Source of the DNA: Candidatus Omnitrophota bacterium
GTDB lineage: Bacteria; Omnitrophota; Gorgyraeia; Gygaellales; Profunditerraquicolaceae
Direction: 5' to 3'
Length of the DNA stretch: 64,000 nt
Assembly: GCA_043800555.1 (NCBI GenBank)
Contig: JAZDMX010000021.1
Span: 29,905-93,904 of the forward strand
Shown here piece after piece: positions 1 to 10,192 of the stretch. A program made the position numbers and the translations under genes. Position 1 is the first letter of the stretch. Each line of letters begins with the position of its first letter. A model generated the notes under the pieces. That model was not told where the DNA came from. It saw only the letters and a program-made list of their open reading frames with translations, and did no database searches.

Positions 1-299
1 GTCCCCAAATACCACGAATCTCCAACTCTTTGCTGGGCGGGAAGCAATTCGATAAATTGGGCCAATTCCGAAGGAAGAAAATTCCACCCCAGGCGGATAT
101 GCCTCTGAAGCGAAGATGATTTATACTGGGTCAGGATATAGATCCTGCGTAACCCCGAATTAATACAGTTGCTTAAAGTAAAATCGATAATCCTGTAAAT
201 GCCGCCGAAAGGGACTGCGGGCTTTGTCCTGTCTTTAGTTAAAGGCAAGAGCCTCTCCCCTTTTCCTCCGGCCATAATAAAAGTTAAGACTTTACGCAT
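1..299 (-). CDS. glgC: glucose-1-phosphate adenylyltransferase GlgC, N-terminal part (3' end lies beyond the window start)
   Basis: Minus-strand translation from the ATG at 299 gives [74 protein letters not shown]...[15 protein letters not shown]. This matches the GlgC G-rich nucleotide-binding N-terminus and the PAVxFGG..RIIDFxLSNCxNSG motif. The ATG overlaps the upstream marC stop (TGATG). Missing from the ORF track because its stop lies outside the window. Confidence 0.8.
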   Translation of the reverse strand, partial: MRKVLTFIMAGGKGERLLPLTKDRTKPAVPFGGIYRIIDFTLSNCINSGLRRIYILTQYKSSSLQRHIRLGWNFLPSELAQFIELLPAQQRVGDSWYLG

Positions 300-898
300 C
301 ATTTTAAGAACACTCCGAATACGCCGCTCCTAACCATCATCACGGCGATAGCCGCCAGCAATATATACATAATTTTGGAAAACGCGCGCGTGCCGCTGGG
401 GCCGATGAATTTCATGATCACTTCCGCCTTGACCAGGCTCAGCCAAACTATGCCCATATTTAATATTAATGAAACCAAGGTCGGCATAAGTCCGTAAACA
501 TTCATCATCATCAATGTCGTAGTCAAAACAGCCGGTCCGGTAATTAAAGGCGTCCCTAAAGGAAATACGCCCAGGTCCCGGTCATGGCTATGGGTTAAAC
601 TGTCTTTTTGGGCGCCGGGAAAAAGCAGGCGCGCTGAAAGGACAAACAATAATACTCCGCCGGCAATCTGGAAATCAGGGACAGTGACGCCAAGGAGAGA
701 AAAAACCCACTTGCCGATGAACATAAAGATAACCGCGACGGCTGTGGCAGTCTCCACCGCGTCTATAATTATCTTACTCCTTTGTTTCCGGGAATGGCCT
801 TCAACCAGGGAGAGAAAGACAGGGATGTTGACAACGGCATCCACCGCTACAAACATAGGAATAAATGCCAATATGTAAGGCCTGACTAGTTCCATCAT
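299..898 (-). CDS. marC: MarC family integral membrane protein (UPF0056)
   Basis: 199 aa multi-TM protein with the MarC/UPF0056 pattern; N-terminus [31 protein letters not shown]. Confidence 0.7.
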   Translation of the reverse strand: MMELVRPYILAFIPMFVAVDAVVNIPVFLSLVEGHSRKQRSKIIIDAVETATAVAVIFMFIGKWVFSLLGVTVPDFQIAGGVLLFVLSARLLFPGAQKDSLTHSHDRDLGVFPLGTPLITGPAVLTTTLMMMNVYGLMPTLVSLILNMGIVWLSLVKAEVIMKFIGPSGTRAFSKIMYILLAAIAVMMVRSGVFGVFLK

Positions 899-945
899 AA
901 TTTAAAATTATACTCCCTAAATCCCGCTGCTTCAAGTATTTATTT

Positions 946-1012
946 AAAAAGGGGGACGTTTCTACTTTTCCGCCAATCGGGCTCGAGAAAAGTAGAAACG
1001 TCCCCTTTTTTT
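946..1012. repeat. Conserved palindromic element, copy A (stem GGGGACGTTTCTACTTTTC, 16-nt loop); probable bidirectional intrinsic terminator
   Basis: Sequence AAAAAGGGGGACGTTTCTACTTTTC-cgccaatcgggctcga-GAAAAGTAGAAACGTCCCCTTTTTTT. Perfect 19-bp stem flanked by an A-run and a T-run, directly after the BT1 gene stop (TAG at 1022). Confidence 0.75.
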
Positions 1013-1021
1013 ATGCAAACC

Positions 1022-2041
1022 CTAATTGATTTTCTTAATTAACGGCAGGCAGAGGAAACTGGTTACTGCGGATAAAAGAATCAGCCATTTCAGGCCGACA
1101 AGGGGCAAAAGATAGGCTCCGGAGAGATTGCTGGCAATAATCGCCAGGTTGCTTACGCTGCAAAGAAGCGCAAAAGAAGTCGCTTCTAATCCGGGAATGG
1201 AATTTCGCGCCATAAAATCCATTGCCATGATAAAAATGAACATCCCCAAAAGGCTATAAAGCACGTCATAAATAACCGCGGTGGCCGGCGTATAATAAAG
1301 GTAACTCAATGTAGTCAGGGCCCCCAGGAACACCGACCAGAAAAGCCATTTTTTGATATTTATCTTCTGACTGAACCTATAATATAATAACGAACCGATA
1401 ATACCAAAAGCCGTGCTGATCGTAGTTAGAAGGCCTATCCAGGTTTTGGTCCACAAAAAGGAATCGCGCTGGATAAACATTAACGGCGTCCCAAAAGACG
1501 GCGAATATCTGTATAAAAAGATGAATAAAGCTACGACGAGCAAATTCCTGTCGGTAATCAGCTTTTTCAAATCAACGGCCAAGCTTGAAGCTGCTTTCTC
1601 CAGCGTCATATAATCTTCTTCCTTGTAGAAATATGCCGGAACATTCACCAGCAAATAAACCGGGAGAAGGAATAAATAACCTGCCTGATACCCCCATCTC
1701 TCGGCGACAACTCCCCCTCCTATCCCGGTAAGTATACCCGCCATAGAAAGAGAAATCCATTGGACGCTCTGGATTTTTCCGGTTGCCCGGTATTTCTTGC
1801 CTTCCACGCACATGATTCCGTCGACCGCTACATCCCGAAACGCGGCATTGGCGGAATTCAACATCAATATGATAATAAGCAGGAAAATCGGCAATTGCAA
1901 TAATCCTACCAACAGGACCAAAACAATATCAAAAGCTAAAGCAATAAAGATCCAGATACGCTTATTGAGAAAATGGTCGATGACGTAACCAATTAAAGGC
2001 TTGACCAGCCAAGCAAGGATGATTATGCTTGAAAGGGCCAT
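1022..2041 (-). CDS. BT1/folate-biopterin-type MFS transporter (membrane protein)
   Basis: 339 aa polytopic membrane protein with WLVKPLIGYVIDHF near the N-terminus, as in the BT1 family. The frame stays open upstream of the first ATG up to about 2200 and encodes the conserved FAQGIEGLPAQGLFYYFKETLNFSPQKI segment, so the true start is probably non-canonical and further upstream. Confidence 0.5.
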   Translation of the reverse strand: MALSSIIILAWLVKPLIGYVIDHFLNKRIWIFIALAFDIVLVLLVGLLQLPIFLLIIILMLNSANAAFRDVAVDGIMCVEGKKYRATGKIQSVQWISLSMAGILTGIGGGVVAERWGYQAGYLFLLPVYLLVNVPAYFYKEEDYMTLEKAASSLAVDLKKLITDRNLLVVALFIFLYRYSPSFGTPLMFIQRDSFLWTKTWIGLLTTISTAFGIIGSLLYYRFSQKINIKKWLFWSVFLGALTTLSYLYYTPATAVIYDVLYSLLGMFIFIMAMDFMARNSIPGLEATSFALLCSVSNLAIIASNLSGAYLLPLVGLKWLILLSAVTSFLCLPLIKKIN

Positions 2042-2165
2042 TATCTTCTGGGGAGAAAAGTTAAGAGTTTCTTTAAAGTAGTAGAATAAACCCTGGGCGG
2101 GAAGGCCTTCGATGCCTTGAGCAAAATATACCGAACCGCTTAAAGCGAATATCCAGAATAATTTT

Positions 2166-2534
2166 TTATTTCTGATCGGCTTGAGGTGCTTCCTGCGCTT
2201 TTACGGGTGCTTGGGCGGAAGCAGTTGTTGTCGCCGGCGTAACAGCCGCAGTAGGCGTGGCCTTTGCTGCCGGGATAGTTGCTGCCTTAACATTGGAAAG
2301 CAGGGATTTGCTCTGTTTTACCGATAAAATCGCCAGGCCCAAACAAGTAAGGAAGAAAATTATCGACAATATTGTAGTTGAACGCGTAAGAAAAGCATTG
2401 GTCTTGGTGCCGAACATGGATTCGACTCCGGCAAAGCTTTCGACCAAGCCACTCCCCCTGCCCCTCTGGACCAAAACCAGAGTAATCAATAAGAAACACA
2501 CGGTTGCGTGTAAAACAATGACTAAAGTTATCAT
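2166..2534 (-). CDS. secG: preprotein translocase subunit SecG with an Ala/Thr/Pro-rich C-terminal extension
   Basis: Two TM segments with a glycine-rich loop (VLVQRGRGSGLVESFAGVESMFGTKTNAFLTR). Conserved position downstream of tpiA, with the ATGA overlap. Confidence 0.7.
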   Translation of the reverse strand: MITLVIVLHATVCFLLITLVLVQRGRGSGLVESFAGVESMFGTKTNAFLTRSTTILSIIFFLTCLGLAILSVKQSKSLLSNVKAATIPAAKATPTAAVTPATTTASAQAPVKAQEAPQADQK

Positions 2535-3304
2535 TTTATCACCTCGGCAGCTTTTTTCACAATGTCCGTAAAACTTGCAACCTGCAGGCTGGCCCCTCCA
2601 ACAAGGGCGCCATCCACATCAGGTTGCTTCATTAATTCGGCTATATTCTCCGGCTTTACGCTTCCGCCGTATTGCAATCTTATTTGGCTGGATGCTTCTT
2701 TATCATAAAGCTTGCCTATTAAGTCCCTGATATACTTATGCGCTTCCTGCGCCTGGATAGGCGTAGCTGTTTTACCTGTCCCAATTGCCCAAACCGGCTC
2801 ATAGGCAATCACCATCCTTAAAACATCTTCTTTGGCGATTCCGGTTAAGCCATTCCGAAGGTGATCCTCTAATACGCTAAAGGTCTCTTGGGCTTCCCTC
2901 TCGCTTAATGTCTCGCCAACGCAAAGTACCGGCGTAAGCGAATTTGCCAGGGCTGCCTTAATTTTTTTATTTACGGATTCGTTGGTTTCTCCGAAAAACT
3001 GCCTGCGCTCGGAGTGGCCTATGACAACAAAGCTGCACCCGGCTTCCTTAAGCATCTTTGCGGACACCTCTCCGGTAAAAGCGCCTTCATCAAGCCAATA
3101 AAGGTCCTGGCCGCCCAACATTATGCCAGATTCAGAGATAACTTCGTAAACTTCGCTTAAGGCCGTAAATGGAGGGCAAAGCACGACATCAACGCCCTGG
3201 CTATCTAACTTAAAAAGTTCGCGTTTAAGGCCATTGCTCAATTCAATGGCCTCTTTGATGGTTTTGTACATCTTCCAGTTTCCGGCAATTATGGTTTTTC
3301 GCAT
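2531..3304 (-). CDS. tpiA: triosephosphate isomerase
   Basis: [15 protein letters not shown]... [11 protein letters not shown]..; a complete 257 aa TIM. Confidence 0.95.
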   Translation of the reverse strand: MRKTIIAGNWKMYKTIKEAIELSNGLKRELFKLDSQGVDVVLCPPFTALSEVYEVISESGIMLGGQDLYWLDEGAFTGEVSAKMLKEAGCSFVVIGHSERRQFFGETNESVNKKIKAALANSLTPVLCVGETLSEREAQETFSVLEDHLRNGLTGIAKEDVLRMVIAYEPVWAIGTGKTATPIQAQEAHKYIRDLIGKLYDKEASSQIRLQYGGSVKPENIAELMKQPDVDGALVGGASLQVASFTDIVKKAAEVIK

Positions 3305-3305
3305 T

Positions 3306-4487
3306 TTACCTGTCAGTCAAAGCAGCTACCCCGGGTAAGACTTTACCCTCTAAATACTCCAAACTTGCTCCGCCGCCGGTTGAAATATGGGTCATCTTAT
3401 CCTCTAATTTGAATTTGGCGATTGCGGCTGCCGTATCTCCGCCGCCGATAACAGTAGTTACCCCAAGATTACCCACAAAATTTGCCACCTTTTTTGTCCC
3501 TTGGCTAAAAGCGTCCACCTCAAAAATACCTAACGGCCCGTTCCAAACAATGGTTTTAGCGGGGCTTAATTTATCCTCGAATAGCCTAATCGTCTTTGGC
3601 CCTATATCCACGGCAATTTTTCCTTCCGGGATCTGGTCTCCGGCAATTTCGGTTACAGCGTCCGGCTCAATCGCATCAACCACTATATTATCCACCGGAA
3701 GGACGATTTCCTTATTCAGGCTGCTGGCCTTCTCTAAAATTAACTTGGCTAAATCCAGCTTATCCTTCTCCAGTTTCGAATTGCCGATTTGCCTGCCTTG
3801 CGCCTTCAAGAAAGTATACGCCATCCCGCCGCCGACAATAATCTTATCGGCTTTAGGGAGCAGGTTATCAATCATCCCGATCTTATCCGAAACTTTTGCT
3901 CCGCCTAAGATCACCATAAACGGCTTAGCCGGATCTTGCATGACATTTCCTAAATATTGGATTTCTTTTTCGAGTAAAAACCCGGCCGCGGATTTTAAAA
4001 AATGAGCGACACCTTCGGTTGAAGCATGCGCCCGGTGCGCCGCCCCAAAGGCGTCATTTACGAAAATATCGGCGAGAGCGGCCAATTGCTTGGCAAAACC
4101 AGCGTCATTGGCTTCCTCTTCGGCATGAAAACGTAAATTTTCCAAAAGGACAACCTTCTGCCGGGAAGAATTGATTTCTTGCTTGATGCCAGGGCCGACG
4201 CAATCATTGAGGAATAAAATATCCTGGGCCAAAAGTTCTTTTAAGCGGCCGGCCACGGGCTTCAAGCTGTATTTAGCCACAACTTTGCCCTCAGGCCTTC
4301 CTAAATGGCTCATTAATACCAACTTCTTGGCCCCGTTATCCAGAATATACTTTATCGTAGGCAAGGTGGCGCGTATGCGGATATCGTCGGTAATGTTCAA
4401 GTCAGCATCCAACGGGACATTAAAATCCGCCCGCATCAATACGGTTTTTCCCTTAAAATCAATGTCATTTACTGTAAGTTTTGCCAT
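3306..4487 (-). CDS. pgk: phosphoglycerate kinase
   Basis: 393 aa; LMSHLGRP, the hinge and the C-terminal nucleotide-binding domain are conserved; RBS AGGAG upstream. Confidence 0.95.
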   Translation of the reverse strand: MAKLTVNDIDFKGKTVLMRADFNVPLDADLNITDDIRIRATLPTIKYILDNGAKKLVLMSHLGRPEGKVVAKYSLKPVAGRLKELLAQDILFLNDCVGPGIKQEINSSRQKVVLLENLRFHAEEEANDAGFAKQLAALADIFVNDAFGAAHRAHASTEGVAHFLKSAAGFLLEKEIQYLGNVMQDPAKPFMVILGGAKVSDKIGMIDNLLPKADKIIVGGGMAYTFLKAQGRQIGNSKLEKDKLDLAKLILEKASSLNKEIVLPVDNIVVDAIEPDAVTEIAGDQIPEGKIAVDIGPKTIRLFEDKLSPAKTIVWNGPLGIFEVDAFSQGTKKVANFVGNLGVTTVIGGGDTAAAIAKFKLEDKMTHISTGGGASLEYLEGKVLPGVAALTDR

Positions 4488-4522
4488 TTCTGGATCTCCT
4501 GGACTTTAAAAAATAGATGTAT

Positions 4523-4551
4523 AATATATATGAAATACCCTGACATGTCAA
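4523..4551 (-). promoter_or_regulatory. sigma70-like promoter of the pgk-tpiA-secG operon (-35 TTGACA, 17-nt spacer, -10 TATATT)
   Basis: The reverse complement of 4523-4551 reads TTGACA-tgtcagggtatttcata-TATATT, about 35 nt upstream of the pgk RBS. Confidence 0.45.
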
Positions 4552-4562
4552 ACGCTTTTTAC

Positions 4563-4781
4563 CTACTTGACGACCTTGCCTTCCACGTCGATTACATCCT
4601 TACGCTTAGCGCGGACGGATGAATGGATACGCCAAAGCCCGATATAGGAATTAATTATAAATAGCAGCAACAAAACCCCCTCAATAGCCAGCCAGAGGCC
4701 GGTTCCAAAAAATAACCTGCCGAACAGTAAATTGAATACTATTAAAGAAGGCAAAAGACAACCGCTAAAAGCTATAGACAT
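4563..4781 (-). CDS. small hypothetical membrane protein (72 aa)
   Basis: ORF with two predicted TM helices in an operon position; no recognisable family. Confidence 0.3.
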   Translation of the reverse strand: MSIAFSGCLLPSLIVFNLLFGRLFFGTGLWLAIEGVLLLLFIINSYIGLWRIHSSVRAKRKDVIDVEGKVVK

Positions 4782-4782
4782 G

Positions 4783-5283
4783 CTAAAACTTCTCCCAATG
4801 TATCAGCTCCTTAAGGCTTCTTTTATCCGCCGGCCTAAAACAATTCTTGTCTTCAGGGTAACCCAAGGCGACCAAGCTGACCAATTTTAATCCGGCGGGA
4901 ACTGCCAATAAACCGCTAATTTCTTCGCAATACGGCTTTTTATCCCCCGCTACCCAGCATGAGCCTATTCCAAAATCTGTCGCGGCGTTTAAAATATTTA
5001 CGGTAGCGCTACAGCCGTCTTCAAGGTAATATCTCGTATCTGAACAAAATACGGCTATGCAGGCCTTAGCGCCGGCCATAAATTTCGCATTATCCCCCAG
5101 CTGCGCTATCTTTCTTAAAGTAGGCTCTTTAGTAATTACTACGAATTCCCAAGGCTGCACATTTCTGGCGGTAGGGGAAAACCTGGCAACATCAATTAAA
5201 TCCTCCAAAACTTTCCCGGGAATCTCTCTACCTTGAAAGACCCTAACGCTTCTTCTTGATTTAAGCGCATCTAAGGTATCCAT
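4783..5283 (-). CDS. nitroreductase family protein
   Basis: Start taken as the internal MDTLDALKSRRSVRVFQGREIP, the classic nitroreductase N-terminal motif. The longer ORF would overlap the upstream thioesterase gene. Confidence 0.7.
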   Translation of the reverse strand: MDTLDALKSRRSVRVFQGREIPGKVLEDLIDVARFSPTARNVQPWEFVVITKEPTLRKIAQLGDNAKFMAGAKACIAVFCSDTRYYLEDGCSATVNILNAATDFGIGSCWVAGDKKPYCEEISGLLAVPAGLKLVSLVALGYPEDKNCFRPADKRSLKELIHWEKF

Positions 5284-5326
5284 CGAACCTCCCTGTTTTC
5301 CCCGCACAAATCCGATACATTTTCCC

Positions 5327-5743
5327 TTAAGGGTTACGGCCTGCCTGCCGCAGAGGCAAAGAAACAGGAAGGAATTTGGAGCGGATCTCCGGAGCAATAG
5401 CCTTTGGCTTTAGATTTTTATCTACGCAAACGAGGATTGTCTTGGCCTTAGTTATGAGCCGGCCATCCTGATTATAAATTTCGTTTTCAAAGATTATCTT
5501 TACGGTTGAAGTTTCAACTATACTGGTCTTAATCTCCAATACGTCGCCATAAACTCCGGGGGCCTTATAGTCAATCTCCTGGCGGGCAACCACAAACATT
5601 GTGCCGCTATCCGCCAATTCCTTTATCGAGAAGCCTTTTTCGCTAAAAAATTCCGTGCGCGCTTCTTCTAAGAACTTAAGGTAATTAGAGTAATAAACCA
5701 CTCCCCCGCAATCCGTATCGTGATAATAAATTTTTTTCTTCAT
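5327..5743 (-). CDS. acyl-CoA thioesterase, 4HBT/YbgC-like hotdog fold
   Basis: MKKKIYYHDTDCGGVVYYSNYLKFLEEARTEFF matches the YbgC/4HBT N-terminal signature. Confidence 0.7.
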   Translation of the reverse strand: MKKKIYYHDTDCGGVVYYSNYLKFLEEARTEFFSEKGFSIKELADSGTMFVVARQEIDYKAPGVYGDVLEIKTSIVETSTVKIIFENEIYNQDGRLITKAKTILVCVDKNLKPKAIAPEIRSKFLPVSLPLRQAGRNP

Positions 5744-5806
5744 ATCCTTCTTAGAAAGATACTTCTATGTTTATGGCTGCAAGAATGGCACCGCCCCTTT
5801 TGCCCT

Positions 5807-6793
5807 CTATATCTTTCTTATAATAATATAGGCTAACGCCGATATCAATGCCGAACAAGGAATGGTCAAAACCCAGGCCCAGACGATCCTCCCGGCCACT
5901 CCCCACTTTACCGCGCTTAAACGCTTGATCGAACCAACCCCCATAATCGAACCGGTGATAGTATGGGTTGTGCTGACCGGCACGCCAAAACCCGAAGAAA
6001 CAAACAACATGGTTGCCGCGCCAAGCTCAGCGCAAAATCCGTCAATAGGCTTAAGCTTGGCTACTTTCTGGCCCATTGTCTTAACAATACGCCAGCCGCC
6101 GAACATCGTCCCTATGGATATGGCGCAATAACAGCTGATTACCACCCACATAGGTATATAGAATTTTTGCCCCAGGAGGCCTGCGCTAAAAAGCAGGCTG
6201 GCAATAATTCCCATGGTTTTCTGCGCGTCATTTCCGCCATGGCCCATGCTATAAAGAGCAGCCGACAAAAGCTGCCCTTTTCTGAATATATGGTCAACTT
6301 TTACCGGTACGCTCTTACGGAAAATCCAATAAACCAAAATTCCCAAAAGCAATCCCAGGATAAGCCCGATAACCGGAGAAATAAATATAAAAGAAACCGT
6401 CTTAATTATACCGCTCCAAACTAAGGAGCCGGGCCCGGCCTTGACTAAACCCGAACCAATCATCCCTCCGATCAGGGCATGCGAAGAACTCGTCGGTAGC
6501 CCGAAAAACCAGGTAATAATGTTCCAGCCGCAGGCGCCTACCAACGTACCGAAAATAACCCCGTTATCTATGACCGCGATATCAATTATGCCCTTGCCTA
6601 TGGTATTGGCGACATGGAGGCCAAAAAATAAGAAAGCGGCAAAATTAAAAAAGGCCGCCCAGACAACCGCTAAACGCGGAGAAAGCACGCGGGTAGAAAC
6701 TACCGTGGCGATGGAATTAGCTGAATCGTGAAATCCGTTTAGAAAATCAAACGCTAAAGCCAGAAGAATCAAAAGGATTATACTTAACGTCAT
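5807..6793 (-). CDS. pitA: inorganic phosphate transporter, PiT family
   Basis: LNGFHDSANSIATVVSTRVLSP near the N-terminus and the GHGGNDAQKTMGII motif; 328 aa. Confidence 0.85.
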   Translation of the reverse strand: MTLSIILLILLALAFDFLNGFHDSANSIATVVSTRVLSPRLAVVWAAFFNFAAFLFFGLHVANTIGKGIIDIAVIDNGVIFGTLVGACGWNIITWFFGLPTSSSHALIGGMIGSGLVKAGPGSLVWSGIIKTVSFIFISPVIGLILGLLLGILVYWIFRKSVPVKVDHIFRKGQLLSAALYSMGHGGNDAQKTMGIIASLLFSAGLLGQKFYIPMWVVISCYCAISIGTMFGGWRIVKTMGQKVAKLKPIDGFCAELGAATMLFVSSGFGVPVSTTHTITGSIMGVGSIKRLSAVKWGVAGRIVWAWVLTIPCSALISALAYIIIRKI

Positions 6794-6797
6794 AAAA

Positions 6798-7424
6798 TTA
6801 AGCTTGTTTTACCATTATGGAACTAACTACATGGGCGACATCTTCGCAAATATCAAGCACTGTTTCGGAATCCTGGTATATTTCTTTCCATTTAATCACT
6901 TCAATAGGGTCCTTCTCGGTCTCAAAAAGCTCCGCCAACACTTTATCTCTCATCGTATCGCCGACGTTTTCCAGCCGGTTGATCTCGACGCAGGATTCGG
7001 ATATGGCTTTGGAATTTTTCATGTTCCGCATTGCCTTTACCATACAGTCAACTGCCAGGACCGATTCCTCAATAGCAGAAGCAAAAGCTAACAGGTTCTT
7101 GTTAACACTGGTAACTTTATAAACCATCAAGCGGTTTACAATGGTATTGATCATATCGATGACATCATCCAATTCTTTTGCTAAAGCATGAATGTCTTCG
7201 CGGTCAAACGGCGTTATAAATGTTTTATTGAGCTGGTCGATAATTGCATGAGCTACCTCATCCCCCTGATGCTCTATCGCGCGGATCCTTTCGATGCCCT
7301 GCTCATCTATTTTACCCCTAGAGGTCAACTCCTTGAAAGCTGCCGCCGCTTCAACCGCGTAGCTTACCTGCTTCTCAAATAAATCAAAAAAATTAAATTC
7401 CTTGGGGATGAGATTAAAAAACAT
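6798..7424 (-). CDS. DUF47 family protein, the PiT-associated PhoU-like regulator
   Basis: 208 aa helical protein directly upstream of and co-oriented with the PiT gene, the conserved DUF47/Pit pairing. Confidence 0.75.
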   Translation of the reverse strand: MFFNLIPKEFNFFDLFEKQVSYAVEAAAAFKELTSRGKIDEQGIERIRAIEHQGDEVAHAIIDQLNKTFITPFDREDIHALAKELDDVIDMINTIVNRLMVYKVTSVNKNLLAFASAIEESVLAVDCMVKAMRNMKNSKAISESCVEINRLENVGDTMRDKVLAELFETEKDPIEVIKWKEIYQDSETVLDICEDVAHVVSSIMVKQA

Positions 7425-7540
7425 TTTTTCTCCTTTATCTGTTAATTGAAATACGAATTTTGTTTGTTGCGGAACTAAAATTATTATAACAGAATTTTAT
7501 TAATTATAAAGGAAAATATTAAGAAGGAAAAACGGGCCGG

Positions 7541-7622
7541 AAAAATGGGGACGGGAAAAATGGGGACGTTTCTACTTTTCTAGCGGTCAAATTCGTGAAA
7601 AGTAGAAACGTCCCCATTTTTC
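7541..7622. repeat. Conserved palindromic element, copy B, with a partial 5' arm duplication; terminator of the P-type ATPase gene
   Basis: AAAAATGGGGACGG + AAAAATGGGGACGTTTCTACTTTTC-tagcggtcaaattcgt-GAAAAGTAGAAACGTCCCCATTTTT; same stem as copy A with a different loop. Confidence 0.75.
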
Positions 7623-7623
7623 C

Positions 7624-10185
7624 TTAGATAACCGGCCGCGATTTTTTATTTAAAGCTTTCAAACCTTCAAACCATAACAAACTTACCGCTCCGCTGAGGA
7701 ATGTAACCGCCAGGTCATCGGCGGTTAAAAACGCGAAGTGAAAAAGATTGCGTAAAACCGGGACGTACAACACGCTGGCCAGGGCGATCAAAGCCGCGGA
7801 TACTACCCACCATAACGCCCGGTTATCCGATTTCAGTATTTTGGTGAACCCTTGCGACCATGATAAATTAGTAATAATCAGCATAATATTGGCAAAGACC
7901 AAGGTAGCAAACGCCAAGGTGCGCGCCTCAAGCTCCCCCTTATTTGAATACAGAGAGAAAATAAAAACTATAAAAACAACCGCCAATACGCTTATTCCCT
8001 GCAACAAACTGAAAATAAATGATTTCTTATTGAATAACGCTTCGCTTAAATTGCGCGGCGGCCTTTTCATTATGCCCTTCTCTTCCTTAGATGATTCAAA
8101 AACGGTTGAACAGGCCGGATCAATTATCAACTCCAAAAAAGCTATATGCGCCGGCAATAATACAATAGGCAATTGGAATAACACGGGCAAAAAAGACATC
8201 CCGGCTATCGGCACATGCACGGCGAAAATATAAGCGATTGCCTTCTTTAAATTGTCAAATATCCTTCTGCCCATACGAATCGCCGCTACTATCGATGAGA
8301 AATCATCGTTAAGCAAAACCAAATCCGAGGCTTCGCGGGCGACATCTGTCCCGCGCTCGCCCATAGCAATCCCGATACTGGCTGATTTCAAGGCCGCGGC
8401 GTCATTTACCCCGTCTCCGGTCATTGCCACTATAGCGCCATTTGCTTTCAAGGCATTCACAATCGCCAGTTTCTGCTCGGGGACCACCCTGGCAAAAACA
8501 TTTACCTCTTTTATTCTTTCCCTCAACTGCAACTGGGATATCTTCTCCAGATCCGGCCCGGTTATATACTGGCCCGGATTTTTCAAGCCAATTTGCCTGG
8601 CAATATGCACGGCTGTCCCCGGGTAATCCCCGGTAATCATAATGACCCTTACTCCCGCCTCATACGCCTCTTTAATCGCTCCGGGCACCGTTAAGCGCAC
8701 GGGGTCGATAAAACCAATCAGCCCTATGAATTCAAAAGCAAAATCATGCTGCACATCCGGAAGCTCACGTTTTTTAAAAAAGGCTTTGGCCACCCCCAAA
8801 ACACGCAAACCCTTATTTGCCATTTCTTCGATACAAAGCGTCAATTCTTTATGTTTTTCGAAACTAAGATGACAAAGATCGGCAATGGCCTCCGGGGACC
8901 CTTTAGCGGCAATAATATAATTCTGCTTATCCGGAGACTCCCAAACATGGGATAAAGCAAGTAACTTTTTGGAAAGCGTGTACTCACGGATTAATTTCCA
9001 ATTTTTATGGAGGTGCTCGGAACCCGATAAATATAATTCCCCCACATCCTTAACTTCTTTTTCAATCGGATCAAACGGGTCCTTCTGGCTGGCTAAAATA
9101 CCGTACTCGATCAAATCATGGACTGCTTCCGGCAAGGATTTTAAGTTTTGCGTATCAACCTCAAAATAGCCGCCTTTTACGCAAAGCATGGCAAGCTTCA
9201 TCTTGTTTAAGGTAAGCGTTCCGGTCTTATCCGTGCATAGCACGGTTGCCGCTCCCAGAGTTTCTATTGCCTGGGCCCTGCGGGTAAGAACCTGTTTCCT
9301 GGAAATTCGCCAGGCGCCCAAAGTAAGGAAAATAATCAGGACTACCGGAAACTCCTCCGGCAATATTGCCATACCCAGGGTCAATCCGGAAAGGGCCCCA
9401 TGCGGCCAGTTATTCCTGGTAAAACCGTAAATCAAAACTACTAGAGAGCAGAGAATGACTCCCGCGATGAAAAAATCGCGGACAATCTTTGCTGTTTCTT
9501 TTTGAAGCAAGGTATCATCTTCAGGGATCTGCTCAAGGGACCTGCCGATTTTTCCCATTTCGGTATGCGCCCCCACCGAAGTCACTTGAGCAATCCCCCG
9601 GCCGCTCACCGCCATTGTCCCCGAATACACAAAGGGCAAGTCATCTCCTCCCGGGCGCTTACAGGGTTCTTCTTGGTCCCATTGCGACTTACGCACCGGC
9701 ATTGATTCGCCGGTAAGAAGAGATTCGTCAACGGCTAGGTTAGAACATGATAAAATTACCGCGTCTGCCGGGACGCGGTCCCCCTCTCTTAAAATAATGA
9801 TATCTTCCCGGACAACGAACCTGCCGGCGATCCTTTTTTGCTTTCCATCGCGGATTACCAGGGCGCGGGGGCTGGAGAGGTTACGCAGGGCCTCGAGCGC
9901 GCGAGCTGTCTTACGCTCCTGATAAAACGTAATGCCTATAACGACAAAAACAAAAGTCAAGAGCATCGCCGCATCGCGCGCCTCGCCCAAAAACAGATAA
10001 ACCAAGCCGCTTCCGATTAATAATAACAACATCGGCTCGCGGATCACCTCAAAGAAAATTAAAAAAATATTTTTCTTCTTTTGGCAAGGAAGCTCGTTAT
10101 AGCCTTCCTGCTTTATCCTAAGCAGGGCCTGGGTTTCGGATAAACCCGTGATATTATTGATGTCGAATTCGGCTTTCATACCCAA
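7624..10185 (-). CDS. cation-transporting P-type ATPase (Ca2+/Mg2+ type, P2 family)
   Basis: 853 aa; the DKTGTLT phosphorylation motif, TGDGVNDAAALK, the TGES actuator motif and 10 TM helices. Confidence 0.9.
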   Translation of the reverse strand: MGMKAEFDINNITGLSETQALLRIKQEGYNELPCQKKKNIFLIFFEVIREPMLLLLIGSGLVYLFLGEARDAAMLLTFVFVVIGITFYQERKTARALEALRNLSSPRALVIRDGKQKRIAGRFVVREDIIILREGDRVPADAVILSCSNLAVDESLLTGESMPVRKSQWDQEEPCKRPGGDDLPFVYSGTMAVSGRGIAQVTSVGAHTEMGKIGRSLEQIPEDDTLLQKETAKIVRDFFIAGVILCSLVVLIYGFTRNNWPHGALSGLTLGMAILPEEFPVVLIIFLTLGAWRISRKQVLTRRAQAIETLGAATVLCTDKTGTLTLNKMKLAMLCVKGGYFEVDTQNLKSLPEAVHDLIEYGILASQKDPFDPIEKEVKDVGELYLSGSEHLHKNWKLIREYTLSKKLLALSHVWESPDKQNYIIAAKGSPEAIADLCHLSFEKHKELTLCIEEMANKGLRVLGVAKAFFKKRELPDVQHDFAFEFIGLIGFIDPVRLTVPGAIKEAYEAGVRVIMITGDYPGTAVHIARQIGLKNPGQYITGPDLEKISQLQLRERIKEVNVFARVVPEQKLAIVNALKANGAIVAMTGDGVNDAAALKSASIGIAMGERGTDVAREASDLVLLNDDFSSIVAAIRMGRRIFDNLKKAIAYIFAVHVPIAGMSFLPVLFQLPIVLLPAHIAFLELIIDPACSTVFESSKEEKGIMKRPPRNLSEALFNKKSFIFSLLQGISVLAVVFIVFIFSLYSNKGELEARTLAFATLVFANIMLIITNLSWSQGFTKILKSDNRALWWVVSAALIALASVLYVPVLRNLFHFAFLTADDLAVTFLSGAVSLLWFEGLKALNKKSRPVI

Positions 10186-10192
10186 AGGGACA

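Noticed and set aside
3409-4005. Plus-strand ORFs antisense to pgk (3409-4005, 3596-3841, 4171-4509). Similar antisense ORFs inside the P-type ATPase, acrB, phoR and others also appear in the track.
   Set aside because: They are embedded in strongly supported genes on the opposite strand. Their composition is low-complexity or biased, and they have no RBS or family resemblance. They are shadow ORFs.
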